Below are positions 27,770 through 40,389 of a stretch of 64,000 bases of DNA, piece by piece. The stretch is from positions 11,656,001 to 11,720,000 of the forward strand of contig OX597841.1 in NCBI GenBank assembly GCA_951406725.2, read 5' to 3'. Numbering within the stretch: position 1 is the stretch's first letter; each line of letters starts with the position of its first letter. The DNA is from Octopus vulgaris (taxonomy: Eukaryota). A program made the translations under genes and the position numbers. Below the pieces are notes generated by a model. That model ran no database searches and was not told where the DNA came from. It saw only the letters and a list, made by a program, of their open reading frames with translations.

Positions 27770-28390
27770 GTGTGTGTGTGTGTGTGTATACGTATTTATA
27801 TTCGTCTCTGGAATCAGCTGCAATCAACAAAAATTTTTGTCTCTTTATGTTTTCCAGTCATGTTTATCAGCCCTTGTGGCCAATAAAAATAATTTATTAT
27901 TATTATTATTGAGTGAGAGAGCAGTGCATGCCATCAAATTGACACTGGGGTAAACTATACGAAGCCCAATATACCCATCATGACTACCCGTCTGATAAGG
28001 GTACACCAGGCACATGCATCACAACCATATGTGCATGACATGGTGATCTCATATCAAGATAAACAGCACATGACCTTGCAGGTGGGGCCCAGTTAGAATT
28101 TTCTTCAGGTCGAGTAACCCATTCCGCTCAAAAGGTCCTTGAATAAGGGTTGTTTAAGGATGTTGAAAGAACCACCCATGTTTCCAGAGGTGAATTATTC
28201 AAACCCCAAAGAATCCCTCTCAACACATGGCTATGATGCTCCCCCACTACTTCTGCTCGTGATAAGAGATGCACATATCGTCAGCCACTAAGGGACATGG
28301 TCAACTGGTTAAAGGTCAAACAACTGACAAGCAAATCTGTGGTATTGAGCAGAATATTTTCTGGGGCCCATCTTTTATACCAAGACAAAA

Positions 28391-28429
<39 letters not shown>

Positions 28430-28708
28430 CATTATTATTATGTGTGTGTGTGTGTGTGTGTATACGTATTTATATATGTCTCTGGAATCAGCTGCAATCA
28501 ACAAAATCTATTTCTTTTTCTCTTGTTTCTCTTACTGATTTCTCTTCTCTTTCGCAAAAGCTTGAACCCCCCCCCCCCAAAAAAAAAACATTAGATTCGT
28601 TCCTATTCTTTTCATTTGGTGTATGTCTGGTTTATGACAGGGTGAAGTAAGTGTGTGTGTGTGTGTGTGTAGGGGGATGGGGCACAGAAGGGACGAAGGG
28701 ACACCAAC

Positions 28709-28814
28709 CTAGCCGATAATCTGTTATCATCCGTATACTCCGATCCGAAGAGTTACCGTGGACTTCTGGGTAAAACTCCAACCGCATTAGCTTCTCTTGC
28801 CAGTCAAATAGGAC
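28709..28814 (-). CDS. Ependymin/LolA-like membrane protein, exon 7
   Basis: ttccag|VLFDWQEKLMRLEFYPEVHGNSSDRSIRMITDYRL|gttggt; phase 0->1. Confidence 0.85.
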
Positions 28815-28925
28815 CTGGAAGTGGAGTGAGAGTATGAGTGATTGAACAAAAGTGTGAGTGAGGGTACAGCACGGAGTGTAACAACAACAACAACAACAAC
28901 AACAGCAGCAGCAGCTAATACTTAC

Positions 28926-29048
28926 GTTAAAAACAGACAGCCTGTGATTGCGGGTGTTTATAATCTCACCATGGGTGGTGAACTGGGGTAGAATGTTGGG
29001 TAATTGGTGGTAATATATACTGGTGTTACAGATTACACCTTGGGGTAC
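28926..29048 (-). CDS. Ependymin/LolA-like membrane protein, exon 6
   Basis: ttccag|VPQGVICNTSIYYHQLPNILPQFTTHGEIINTRNHRLSVFN|gtaagt; phase 0->0; FQVPxGVxC closes repeat 1, LPxxxPQF opens repeat 2. Confidence 0.88.
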
Positions 29049-29291
29049 CTGGAATAGAGAAATAAAAGGTGGTTGTAGTGGTGGTGGTGGTGCTGGTGGC
29101 AGTGGCAGCATACCGTTACGGTGGTTGCTATAACAACAATAGTGATGGTGGTGGTTTTGTTTAGCTTCAGGTCTGTCCCAGCACTACAGAACTGTATCGT
29201 CTATCTGGATGTTTTGTTGTCCCTTTTTGTATCACCTAGTTGTCCAGATGTTTTGCGTTCTTGTCCCATTTTGTATTTTATTTTATATAAT

Positions 29292-30100
29292 ACTCGACAG
29301 AGCGTTAGTACCCTGAGAGAAATGTTGGACCTAAGAAGCATCAGTTGTGGTGTGCAAGGGAGACGATTGCGCTGGTATGGTCATGTGGCGAGAATGGATG
29401 AAGATAGGTGTGTGAAAAAGTGCCAATCCCTAGAAGTTGAGGGAACCCGTGGAAGAGGTAGACCCAGGAAAACCTGGGACGAGGTGGTGAAGCACGACCT
29501 TCGAACTTTAGGCCTCACTGAGGAAATGACCAGCGACCGAGACCTTTGGAAATATGCTGTGCATGAAAAGACCAGGCAGGACAAGTGAGTCCAGCCCACT
29601 TATGCATGTCTTTCCTCTCTTGGACACACAAAGACCTGTTGAGGCAAGCGAAGTTGATATCGAACCTCACCCGACGACAGGCACCCATGCCAACCCCACT
29701 TTGCTTGCGAAGACCTGTTGGGGCAAGTGAAATCGAAATTGAACCAATCCTATGACTGGCACCCGGCAGATGCCAGAACCCCTGGACTGGTGGTACGTAA
29801 AAAGCACTATCTGAATCGTGGCCGATGCCAGCGCCGCCTCGACTGGCTTCCATGCTGGTGGCACGTAAAATGCACCAATCCGACCGTGGCTGTTGCCAGC
29901 CTCGCCTGGCACCTGTGCAGGTGGCACATAGAAAGCACCCACTACAATCACGGAGTGGTTGGCGTTAGGAAGGGCATCCATCTGTAGAAACATTGCCAGA
30001 TAAGACTGGAGCCTGGTGCAGCCTTCTGGCTTCCCAGATCCCCGGTCGAACAGTCCAACCCATGCTAGCATGGAGAACGGACGATAATGATGATGATGAT
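29292..30100 (+). mobile_element. RTE LINE 3' end with composite 3'UTR and (GAT)n tail
   Basis: ORF end RLRWYGHVARM..GRGRPRKTW..DRDLW, then ggcacgtaaaaagcac repeats and ggcgttaggaagggcatcc..ccatgctagcatgg..(gat)n. Confidence 0.88.
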
Positions 30101-30295
30101 GGAGAATATGTAGTTAAATGTAGGGTTTTTAGTTTATATTTATCTCTATACTTAACTGTCTGCTATCTATACAGAGGCTGACCTGAGATATTTTTTTGTT
30201 TTTTTATCCTGTAAATTTCATGATTATTTATCCAGGATTTGTTGGTCCTGTTGGCCCTTAGTGTTCCTAAATTGGGGAAATGGCGTTTCACCTAC

Positions 30296-30390
30296 CTGGA
30301 AGACATCCTCATCAATTGTTGGGGTCGGGTCAAAGGTCAGAAACTGATAGATGTAGGTAAACGGTTCAGTTTTACCATTGCGACGTTTCA
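30296..30390 (-). CDS. Ependymin/LolA-like membrane protein, exon 5
   Basis: tttgcag|(V)[31 protein letters not shown]|gtaggt; phase 1->0. Confidence 0.88.
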
Positions 30391-30447
30391 CTGCAAAGTA
30401 GAGAGGTAGACAGACTATCAGATAGACAGACAGACAGGCAGGAAGGC

Positions 30448-30508
<61 letters not shown>

Positions 30509-30589
30509 CTGGTAGATAGACAAACAGACAGATAGATAGACAAGTAGGTAGATAGATAGATAGATAGATAGAGAGATAGATAGACAGAC

Positions 30590-30672
<83 letters not shown>

Positions 30673-30697
30673 CAGACAGATAGACAGACAGACAGAC

Positions 30698-30748
<51 letters not shown>

Positions 30749-30777
30749 CAAATAGACAGACAGACAGACATATAAAC

Positions 30778-30842
<65 letters not shown>

Positions 30843-31010
30843 CTTGTTTTGGCTACACGCGGGTGGGAAGGGGCTGGTGACACAATCTTTTCATTCACAC
30901 TTTGAATTTGGTGATACTAGTTGCGGATTCTAGCGCGCTCTGATACTGAGTTGAGTTGGTGCCTTCTAGTATCTCAAAATTCAATATATAATCATTTATG
31001 ATTATAGTAT

Positions 31011-31110
31011 TCTACGCTGAAGAGAAAAGAAGTTTGGGTAAGGTAGAATTATTTAATATTTAATTCTTATGCTTTCCTAAAAACTTGATTTCGAAACGTG
31101 CGTCCGTAGA
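31011..31110 (+). ncRNA. Type I hammerhead ribozyme, unit 1 of 595-bp tandem repeat
   Basis: TCTACG-CTGAAGA-GAAA..AAGTTT..AGAATTA/TAATTCT..AAACTT..TTTC-GAAA-C GTGC G-TC-CGTAGA; GUC site after 31104. Confidence 0.8.
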
Positions 31111-31605
31111 TAACTTAAAATTGTATGATAGATTGCCGTCAATTCATTCTCTCTTACCTGTTTGTGTCTGCCTTCCAATTGCTGTGTTTTTTACTGAGAT
31201 CTCCTTTTTAGTAGAAGAAATAGCTATAACTCTTTGACTGCTATTTCTAAATTCGGTCTGTGGTAAGGCAATTCGTTGCTAAACCCTTTATTGCTTAGTA
31301 TTACTTAAATTTTCCTCGAACGAGGCTTTTACATGCCGAAGACTACTTGGTGTAATTGATAATTATTCCAAATTAATTAATTTCACCCTTCATTATTACG
31401 GATAACCATATTTTATCTCGGTAGATGACCACAGCATCTTGTTTTGGCTACACGCAGGTGGGAAGGGGCTGGTGACACAATCTTTTCATTCACACTTTGA
31501 ATTTGGTGATACTAGTTGCGGATTCTAGCGCGCTCTGATACTGAGTTGAGTTGGTGCCTTCTAGTATCTCAAAATTCAATATATAATCATTTATGATTAT
31601 AGTAT

Positions 31606-31705
31606 TCTACGCTGAAGAGAAAAGAAGTTTGGGTAAGGTAGAATTATTTAATATTTAATTCTTATGCTTTCCTAAAAACTTGATTTCGAAACGTGCGTCC
31701 GTAGA
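31606..31705 (+). ncRNA. Type I hammerhead ribozyme, unit 2 of 595-bp tandem repeat
   Basis: Same motif 595 bp downstream. Confidence 0.8.
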
Positions 31706-32037
31706 TAACTTAAAATTGTATGATAGATTGCCGTCAATTCATTCTCTCTTACCTGTTTGTGTCTGCCTTCCAATTGCTGTGTTTTTTACTGAGATCTCCC
31801 TTTTAGTAGAAGAAATAGCTATAACTCTTTGACTGCTATTTCTAAATTCGGTCTGTGGTAAGGCAATTCGTTGCTAAACCCTTTATTGCTTAGTATTACT
31901 TAAATTTTCCTCGAACGAGGCTTTTACATGCCGAAGACTACTTGGTGTAATTGATAATTATTCCAAATTAATTAATTTCACCCTTCATTATTACGGATAG
32001 ATAGATAGATAGATAGATACATAGATAGACAGACAGA

Positions 32038-32121
<84 letters not shown>

Positions 32122-32146
32122 CAGACAGATAGATAGACTGACAGAC

Positions 32147-32213
<67 letters not shown>

Positions 32214-32905
32214 TAGATAGATAGATAGATAGACAGACAGATAGATAAATAGATAGACTGGTAGATGGACAAACAGACAGGCAGATAGATAGTTAGATAG
32301 ACAGACAGATAGATAAATAAGTGGACAGATAGACAGACTAACTGACAGACATATAGACAGATAGACAAATAGGTAGATAAATAAATATATATATATATAG
32401 AGAGAGAGAGAGGCCGACAAACAACATACATATAGACAGATAGAAAGACAGACATGATAATAATGCAAAGAGCACCATACGAGTGTGATCGTTGCCGGCA
32501 TCGCCTTGCTGGCACTTGTGTCTGTGCTAGTAGGGTGCCAAGGACACCATCCAAGTGTGATCGTTGTGATCGTTGCCAGAGCAGCCAACTGGCTTCCGTA
32601 CCTGTGGCACGTAAAAAGGGCACCATTCGAGCGTGATCGTTACCAACGTCGCTTCACTGGCACCTGTGTCGGTGGCACGTGTAAAAAGATTCGAGGGAGG
32701 TCATTGCCAGTACCGCCTGACTGGCCCCTGTGCAGGTGGCACGTAAAAAAGCACCCACTACACTCTTGGAGCGGTGGGCGTTAGGAAGGGCATCCAGCTG
32801 TAGAAACTCTGCCAGGTCAAGACTGGAGCCTGGTGCAGCCGTCCGGTTGCCAGCCCTCAGTCAAAACCGTCCAACCCATGCTAGCATGGAAAGCGGACGT
32901 TAAAC

Positions 32906-32938
<33 letters not shown>

Positions 32939-33016
32939 TAGAGACAGTCACACAGACAGACAGACAGGCAGGCAGGCAGAGAGAAAGAGAGAGAGAGAGA
33001 ATAGCATTGAACTTAC

Positions 33017-33161
33017 CGATTCCTTTCATCTCCACGCGGACCGGGCCTGTTGTTTCCAGTGAGAGGAAAGCTGTGTCTGCTCGCAGGAAATACTCAATGG
33101 TCATATTCAGAGATGGCTCACATACACAGCTGCGGACAGCCTTCACTGGTATACCATCGAT
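33017..33161 (-). CDS. Ependymin/LolA-like membrane protein, exon 4
   Basis: tag|IDGIPVKAVRSCVCEPSLNMTIEYFLRADTAFLSLETTGPVRVEMKGI|gtaagt; phase 0->1. Confidence 0.88.
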
Positions 33162-33204
33162 CTATTGTGGGGTGAAGGCACAAAGATAAAAACCAAAAAA
33201 AAAA

Positions 33205-33498
33205 AACTGGTGAAGTTGAACACCTTATTTGGCCTCAGATCTCAATATTATTAAACATTTATGGTGCATTTTAAAAAAACAAGTAAGGAGTCAATATCCT
33301 CCACCATCATCACTACAAGAACTGGAGACTGTTTTAGCTGAAGAATGAACAAAAATTCCTTTGAAAACAATTCAAACTTTGTATGCGTCCGTACCTTGTA
33401 GAATTCAAACTGTAATTTTTGCCAAAGGCAGTCTTCCCCAAATTAAAATAATTTTGTTTGAAATTTTAGGGTTTTCCATTATTTTGTCCAACCCCTGT
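33205..33498 (+). mobile_element. Tc1 transposon 3' end relic
   Basis: SDLNIIKHLW..L..EE*..IP...Q.LY.S.P.RI..VI.AKG, then ttttgtccaacccctg|TA terminus. Confidence 0.75.
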
Positions 33499-34071
33499 AT
33501 GTAGGAAGGGCATCCATAGCGTTAGGAAGGGCATCCTGGCATTAGGAAGGGCATCCTGGCATTAGGAAGGGCATCCTGGCATTAGGAAGGGCATCCAGCC
33601 GTAGAAACATTGCCAGATCAGATTGGAGCCTGGTGCAGCCTTCTGGCTTCCCAAACCCCAGTTGAACCGTCCAACCCATGCCAGCATGGAAAGCGGACGC
33701 TAAGCAATGATGATGATGATGATGATACACACCTGGAATTTTGCAAAGTGAGACCACAAGGTCAGAAGGGAATACAATTCCAGGAGAAAAGGACATAATA
33801 ACATTACATAGAAGGGAGACACTTCTTTTCTTGAGGTTGGTTCATGCCCCTCAGGACCCCCACTAAAGTCTGCTCTTGTATATAATTGAACTGAAACTTA
33901 TATGTGTGTGTGTACATATTACAATGGAGTAAAGACAAGCATTTCTTCAAAAGAATACAACAAAAGAGGAAACAAATAAAAAAAAATACAACCCCCCCCC
34001 CCACAATAAATCAATGAAGAAATCGTTGAATTAATGAATAGAAATGGAAGTAAGGAAGGAGAAGCACCTAC

Positions 34072-34190
34072 CACAGCGTCAGCAACTTGGGCCTCAAAGT
34101 TGGTATTCAAGCGGAATATATCCACACAACTCTTGAAGGGGATGTCAAAGTTTGCTTTTGAGCTGAGTGGGGAAACCCAGCAGGAGGTGG
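34072..34190 (-). CDS. Ependymin/LolA-like membrane protein, exon 3
   Basis: ctttccacag|(A)TSCWVSPLSSKANFDIPFKSCVDIFRLNTNFEAQVADAV|gtaggt; phase 1->0. Confidence 0.85.
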
Positions 34191-34236
34191 CTGTGGAAAG
34201 AGTAGACAGAAATATGTGTATTTACATGTGCAGGGG

Positions 34237-34278
<42 letters not shown>

Positions 34279-34289
34279 TTGTATATATA

Positions 34290-34710
34290 TACACTACCTT
34301 GGATATCCAAGGTAGTGTAGTACAATCGTTTCACGCTACTTCATTTAATTAAACAATGTAAGTATTACATCAGTTTTAAAATGTAGAGCACTCTTCAGGC
34401 ACATATAGCATTTTTTAATTAAATAGACAATGTTCATTTTTATACTTATTCCATTTGCCAATATTACAAAGAGGTATGTATGTATATATATATATATATA
34501 TAGATATACATACATACCTCTTTGTAATATTGGTAAATGGAATAAGTATAAAAATGAACATTGTCTATTTAATTAAAAAATGCTATATGTGCCTGAAGAA
34601 AGTGCTCTACATTTTAAAACTGATGTAATACTTACATTGTTTAATTAAATGAAGTAGCGTGAAACGATTGTACTACACTACCTTGGATATCCTTGTTGCT
34701 TACTTTGATT

Positions 34711-34712
<2 letters not shown>
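34290..34712. repeat. Inverted repeat (about 190-bp arms around a (TA)n core) with degenerate hammerheads at 34316-34403(-) and 34588-34677(+)
   Basis: Mirror arms; extra terminal palindrome tacactaccttgga-tatccaaggtagtgta; CTGAAGA..GAAACgattGTA core with C.C mismatch at the stem I base. Confidence 0.85.
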
Positions 34713-34762
<50 letters not shown>

Positions 34763-35623
34763 TTCCTAATGCCTATATATCATCATCATCATCATCGTCG
34801 TCGTTCAAACGGATGTTAAACGACGATGATGATGATGCTGATGATTAGGAATGTTATCCAGCTGTAGAAACTCTGCCAGATCAGATTGGAGTGTGGTGCA
34901 GCCTTCTGGCTCGCCAGTCCTCAGTCAAACCGTCCAACCCATGCGAGCATGGAAAGCGGACGTTAAATGATGACGATGATATATATATATATATATATAT
35001 ATTTTATTCTTTTACTTGTTTCAATCATTTGATTGTGGCCATGCTCGAGCACTGCCTTCAGTTGAGCAAATCAACCCCAAAACTTATTCTTTGTAAGGCT
35101 TGTACTCATTCTATTGGTCTCTTTTGCTGAACCGCTAAGTTGCACAATCCCTGGATCTTACATTTATACATATATATATACATATATGTCATCATCATCA
35201 TTGTTTAACGTCCGTTTTCCATGCTAGCATGGGTTGGACGGTTCAACTGGGGTCTGGGAAGCCAGAAGGCTGCACCAGGCCCAGTCTGATCTGGCAGTGT
35301 TTCTACAGCCTGATGCCCTTCCTAACGCCAACTACTCTGTGAGTGTAGTGGGTGCTTTTTACGTGCCAGACGAGGCTGGCAAACGGCCACGATCGGATGG
35401 TGCTTTTTACGTGCCACCGGCACGGGCGCCAGACGAAGCTGGCAAACGGCCACGATCGGATGTTGCTTTTTATGTGCCGCCGGCACAGGTGCCAGATGAG
35501 GCTGGCAATGGCCACGATCGGATGGTGCTTTTTAGGTGCCACTGGCACGGGCGCCAGACGAAGCTGGAAACGGCTACGAACGGATGGTGCTTATTACGTG
35601 CCACCGGCACGGAGGCCAGTGAG

Positions 35624-35675
<52 letters not shown>

Positions 35676-35772
35676 TACACATATCTATCTATATATATAA
35701 AGTTAAATGCATCTATGTGTATGTATATATCTATATATCTGTGTCTATCCCTCCTCTCCTTCTCTCTGTATC

Positions 35773-35818
<46 letters not shown>

Positions 35819-35856
35819 TATGTAGAGTAGTGGTTGTAATCATGTTGTTATTGTTG

Positions 35857-35888
<32 letters not shown>

Positions 35889-36019
35889 GCTGTGTACCGA
35901 ATTGCACAAGGGCAGATTAACCTATTTAGACCACTGTCACAAGACCAAGAAGTATTTACATAGAAAGAGAGAGAGGGAGAGGGAGGGAGAGAGGAAAGGG
36001 TGAGAGTGGGTGGATGGAA

Positions 36020-36051
<32 letters not shown>

Positions 36052-36114
36052 AGGAACTCTGATTGCTGTCATGTGATGCATATGAGCGGGAAATGATGCT
36101 GGACAGATAATAAA

Positions 36115-36145
<31 letters not shown>

Positions 36146-36161
36146 ATTTGCATACACACAG

Positions 36162-36197
<36 letters not shown>

Positions 36198-36223
36198 GCA
36201 CGCACGCACATACACACACACGC

Positions 36224-36268
<45 letters not shown>

Positions 36269-36324
36269 TTATTATATATTATGATATCCATACATACATA
36301 CATACTAATACACTCACACACGTG

Positions 36325-36359
<35 letters not shown>

Positions 36360-36638
36360 CCATCCACACTATATGTCTGCACATATATACACCCATATAT
36401 GTACATGCATATATATACATACATACATATATACATACATACACACACATACATACATACATACACACATACATGCATACATACATACATACACACATAC
36501 ATACATACAAGCATACACACACACATACATACATACATACATACATACATACATACATACATACACATACACACACACATACATACATACATACAAGCAT
36601 ACATACACACATACATACACACATACATACATACATAC

Positions 36639-36672
<34 letters not shown>

Positions 36673-36913
36673 TTCCATACATACATACACACACACAAAC
36701 ACATACACCTACAGATATCCATGTGTGTGTGTGTGTGTGTGTGTATACGTGTGTGCGTGTGTCTGTATAGATCTATATATTGAAACGCCTGTTAGGGGTG
36801 GGGTAGGGTACCACAAGTTCATACACGGCTAACAAAGGAACACATTTCAAAGGGATAACCTCGTCGCATACAATGTTTAGCCAAACACACACACACACAC
36901 CCAGACACAGAAA

Positions 36914-36947
<34 letters not shown>

Positions 36948-37051
36948 CATGCACCTGCTAATCCAGGACCTAAGGTGATGGAGATTTACTTGTTGAGATG
37001 CTGTGGAATGTAGTGGGTTACTTTACATACCTGTCTGTCTGTTTGTCTTTC

Positions 37052-37082
<31 letters not shown>

Positions 37083-37254
37083 AGACACACACATCACGTC
37101 TGTCTGTCGTGCTGACGTGGACCATCTTGCTCTCCTCGAAGGTCACTAATGACATGCGTAGTGGCCCTCAACCACAACCCCTTCTCAGTTACCAGGAAAG
37201 GGTTAAAACGTAAAGTTACCTTTTTGAATAAATTCCAACAAACAAGGGCTGGTT

Positions 37255-38113
37255 TTCAGGACTGAACCTTGGTGGACCCCTACGTCTACCCTGAATTCTT
37301 CAGTGTACTTGTTGCCAACCCTCACCTTACTTACAGCGTCCCTGTACATGGCTTGCACAGCTCTCACTAACCATTCATCTATCCCTAGTTTCCTCATTGA
37401 CCATCAGATAAGGAGGACTACGATAAATAGGAGGGGACTGAGGACTGAGGACTGAACCTTGGTGGACCCCTACCTCTACCTGGAATTCTTCACTGTACTT
37501 GTTGCCAACCCTCACCTTACTTACAGCGTCCCTGTACATGGCTTGCACAGCTCTCACTAACCATTCATCTATCCCTAGTTTCCTCATTGACCACCAGATA
37601 AAGGAGGACTACGATAAATAGGAGGGGACTGAGGACTGAGGACTGAACCTTGGTGGACCCCTACCTCTACCTGGAATTCTTCAGTGTACTTGTTGCCAAC
37701 CCTCACCTTACTTACAGCGTCCCTGTACATGGCTTGCACAGCTCTCACTAACCATTCATCTATCCCTAGTTTCCTCATTGACCACCAGATAAAGGAGGAC
37801 TACGATAAATAGGAGGGGACTGAGGACTGAGGACTGAACCTTGGTGGACCCCTACCTCTACCTGGAATTCTTCACTGTACTTGTTGCCAACCCTCACCTT
37901 ACTTACAGCGTCCCTGTACATGGCTTGCACAGCTCTCACTAACCATTCATCTATCCCTAGTTTCCTCATTGACCACCAGATAAGGGATTGGGGGACCCTG
38001 TCAAAGGCTTTCTCCATGTCAACGAAAGCCAGGTACAGGGGCTTATCTTTGGCTAGGTATTTCTCCTGCAGCTGTTTTACCAGAAATATGGCATCGGTGG
38101 TGCTTTTCCCTGG
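37255..38113 (-). mobile_element. RTE RT fragment with about 191-bp internal segment tandemly repeated four times
   Basis: PGKSTTDAIF..FVDMEKAFDRV, then 4x MRKLGIDEWLVRAVQAMY..GVHQGSVL. Confidence 0.9.
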
Positions 38114-39009
38114 CACTGCATCTCATCCAAGCGGTCTCTATACAAAGGCAAATTTAACTCTTGGAGAAATGCTATGGTCAATTGGTCAAACAGCTGTCAG
38201 ATAAAAAAAAATGCTTGTGAGGATGGGCCGTTTCCCTTGGACAAGCGATTAATTGGAAGTAGGGATCTCTCTACTCTTTACTTGTTTCAGTCATTTGGCT
38301 GTGGTCATGCTGGAGCATCGCCTTTAATCGAGCAACTCGACCCCGGGACTTATTCTTTTTGTAAGCCCAGTACTTATTCTATCGGTCTCTTTTGCCGAAC
38401 CGCTAAGTGACGGGGACGTAAACACGCCAGCATCGGTTGTCAAGCAACGCTAGGGGGACAAACACAGACACAAACACACACACGCATATATATATATTTC
38501 AGTTTCTGTCTACCAAATCCACTCACAAGGCTTTGGTCGGCCCGAGGCTATAGCAGAAGACACTTGCCCAAGATGCCATCATGCAGTGGGACTGAACCCA
38601 GAACCATGTGATTGGTAAACAAGCTACTTACCACACAGCCACTCCTGCATTCTATTTCATATCTATTTCATTTTTTTTTTATGGTGGTTTTTTGACTAAT
38701 TAACTGCGGCAGTTCTCCACCTCTGCGACATGAAGAGTTAAAATTGTCTTTGTATAGAGTTTGATTAGCTGTCCACAAGGCAGCAACTTGTGTAGGTGTG
38801 AAACCATTGGTCACTCTATGACCAGACTTTAACTTCATGGATTTAATACTTTACTGCACTAATCTTTACAGTGTGCCTCTTGTTCAGATATATGATATTT
38901 TTTTATTTGCTTCAGTCATTTTGACTGTGGCCATTTTGACTGTATCGTATATGTATATATATATATATATATGTATGAAAATTATGTATTAATGGAAAAC
39001 CTCTATAAA

Positions 39010-39093
39010 TGGCTGATGATTGCTCAACATTTTAAAACTGTTGTAATACTTACAATATTTAATAAAATGATGTAGCGTGAAACGATCGTACCA
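39010..39093 (+). ncRNA. Minimal type I hammerhead ribozyme (same family as 24917 and 34316/34588)
   Basis: TGG-CTGATGA-tTGCT..AGCGt-GAAA-C GATC G-TA-CCA; palindromic ACGATCGT. Confidence 0.68.
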
Positions 39094-39632
39094 AATTACC
39101 AAAGTTATTCTTGTTGTTTATTTTGATTATAATCACCCCATGGATTTATATGGATAACATCATACAAAATTCTCGTGCATCTAACTTAAGTATCATATTC
39201 ATTTGAATCTAAATTTTGCTGAACTTATATATATATATATATACAATAGGCTTCTTTCAGTTTCCATCAACCAAATCCTCTCACAAGGCTTTGGTCAGCC
39301 CGGGGCTCTAGTAGAAGACACTTGCCCAAGGTGCCATGGAATGGGACTGAACCCAGAACCATGTGGTTGGTAAGCAAGCTACATACCACAGAGCCACTCC
39401 TGTTCCTATATATTGACAGTATATAAATATAAGTATATACACGTACATGTATATACCCAACCCTGGTTGAAAATAAGTTTACTTCAAAATGTGATTTACT
39501 GCAATTATCAGGCCTAGATGGGATAAAGTCTGCATTACACATTCACAAAATAACCTAAACTGCCAAAGCTAAGTGTCTGATTTCTATGGTTTCTATAAAA
39601 TATTGCAACTGGTGATCAGTCATTCCTCTTAC

Positions 39633-39768
39633 CATTGTAATAAACAATCTTCTGATGCTTGTAATCAAATATTTGTGTTTTCTTGCGGTGACGTCTGTAC
39701 TCAGTGATAGATCCAGCCTTTAGTTTAGTCATGTCATAATATTCCTCCACCAGGGTCGTTTGGTTCCG
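39633..39768 (-). CDS. Ependymin/LolA-like membrane protein, exon 2
   Basis: cag|RNQTTLVEEYYDMTKLKAGSITEYRRHRKKTQIFDYKHQKIVYYN|gtaaga; phase 0->1. Confidence 0.85.
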
Positions 39769-40004
39769 CTGTGGTGGTCATGGTCAGAGTTTTGTGTTGG
39801 GACAACAATTATGAAAAATAAGAGAATACATGACAATCATTCATTTCTCAGAAACTATAGAGTTTAATAAGTTATTATATTGTATATCATGAGCGTTCTT
39901 TTTAAAACTTCAGCTATCAGATTGTAACTATGAGTACAAACATATATGTCCATTTGAGTTTGTATGTATACTTATGTGTGTATGCATATGCATGCATGTA
40001 TGTG

Positions 40005-40052
<48 letters not shown>

Positions 40053-40275
40053 TCTGTGTGTGTGTATGTGTGTGTGTGTGAACTGTTGGCGATTTTCTCT
40101 TATTTTTCTTTCTCTCTCTATGGACTTTTCTCTTTCCGACAAAGAGTGATGCTCAGAACGCTAACAACTCACTCCTTTTATTTAGCATCAGATTAATATA
40201 TTTCTTGTGCACAGCCTCGTATTTGCTGTTTTATTTTTCTCTCTGTTTTTTAATTATTTGTTTATTTAAATTGAC

Positions 40276-40319
<44 letters not shown>

Positions 40320-40389
40320 CATTTATCATAACAAGGGTTAGGCAAAAGAATTTGCTTCACCTCACACCGAACTTTAGAAATAGATAAAA

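Larger units (their letters stand above)
30843..31999 (+). repeat. 595-bp direct tandem repeat (about 1.9 units) inserted in a (GATA)n tract
   Basis: cttgttttggctacacgc at 30843 and 31438; units nearly identical; GATA/GACA repeats on both sides. Confidence 0.92.

Noticed and set aside
33733-33890. Possible alternative exon (minus) with the same phases as exon 3, open for 52 codons
   Set aside because: Weak donor abutting a repeat tail and no resemblance to the domain pattern; would need RNA evidence
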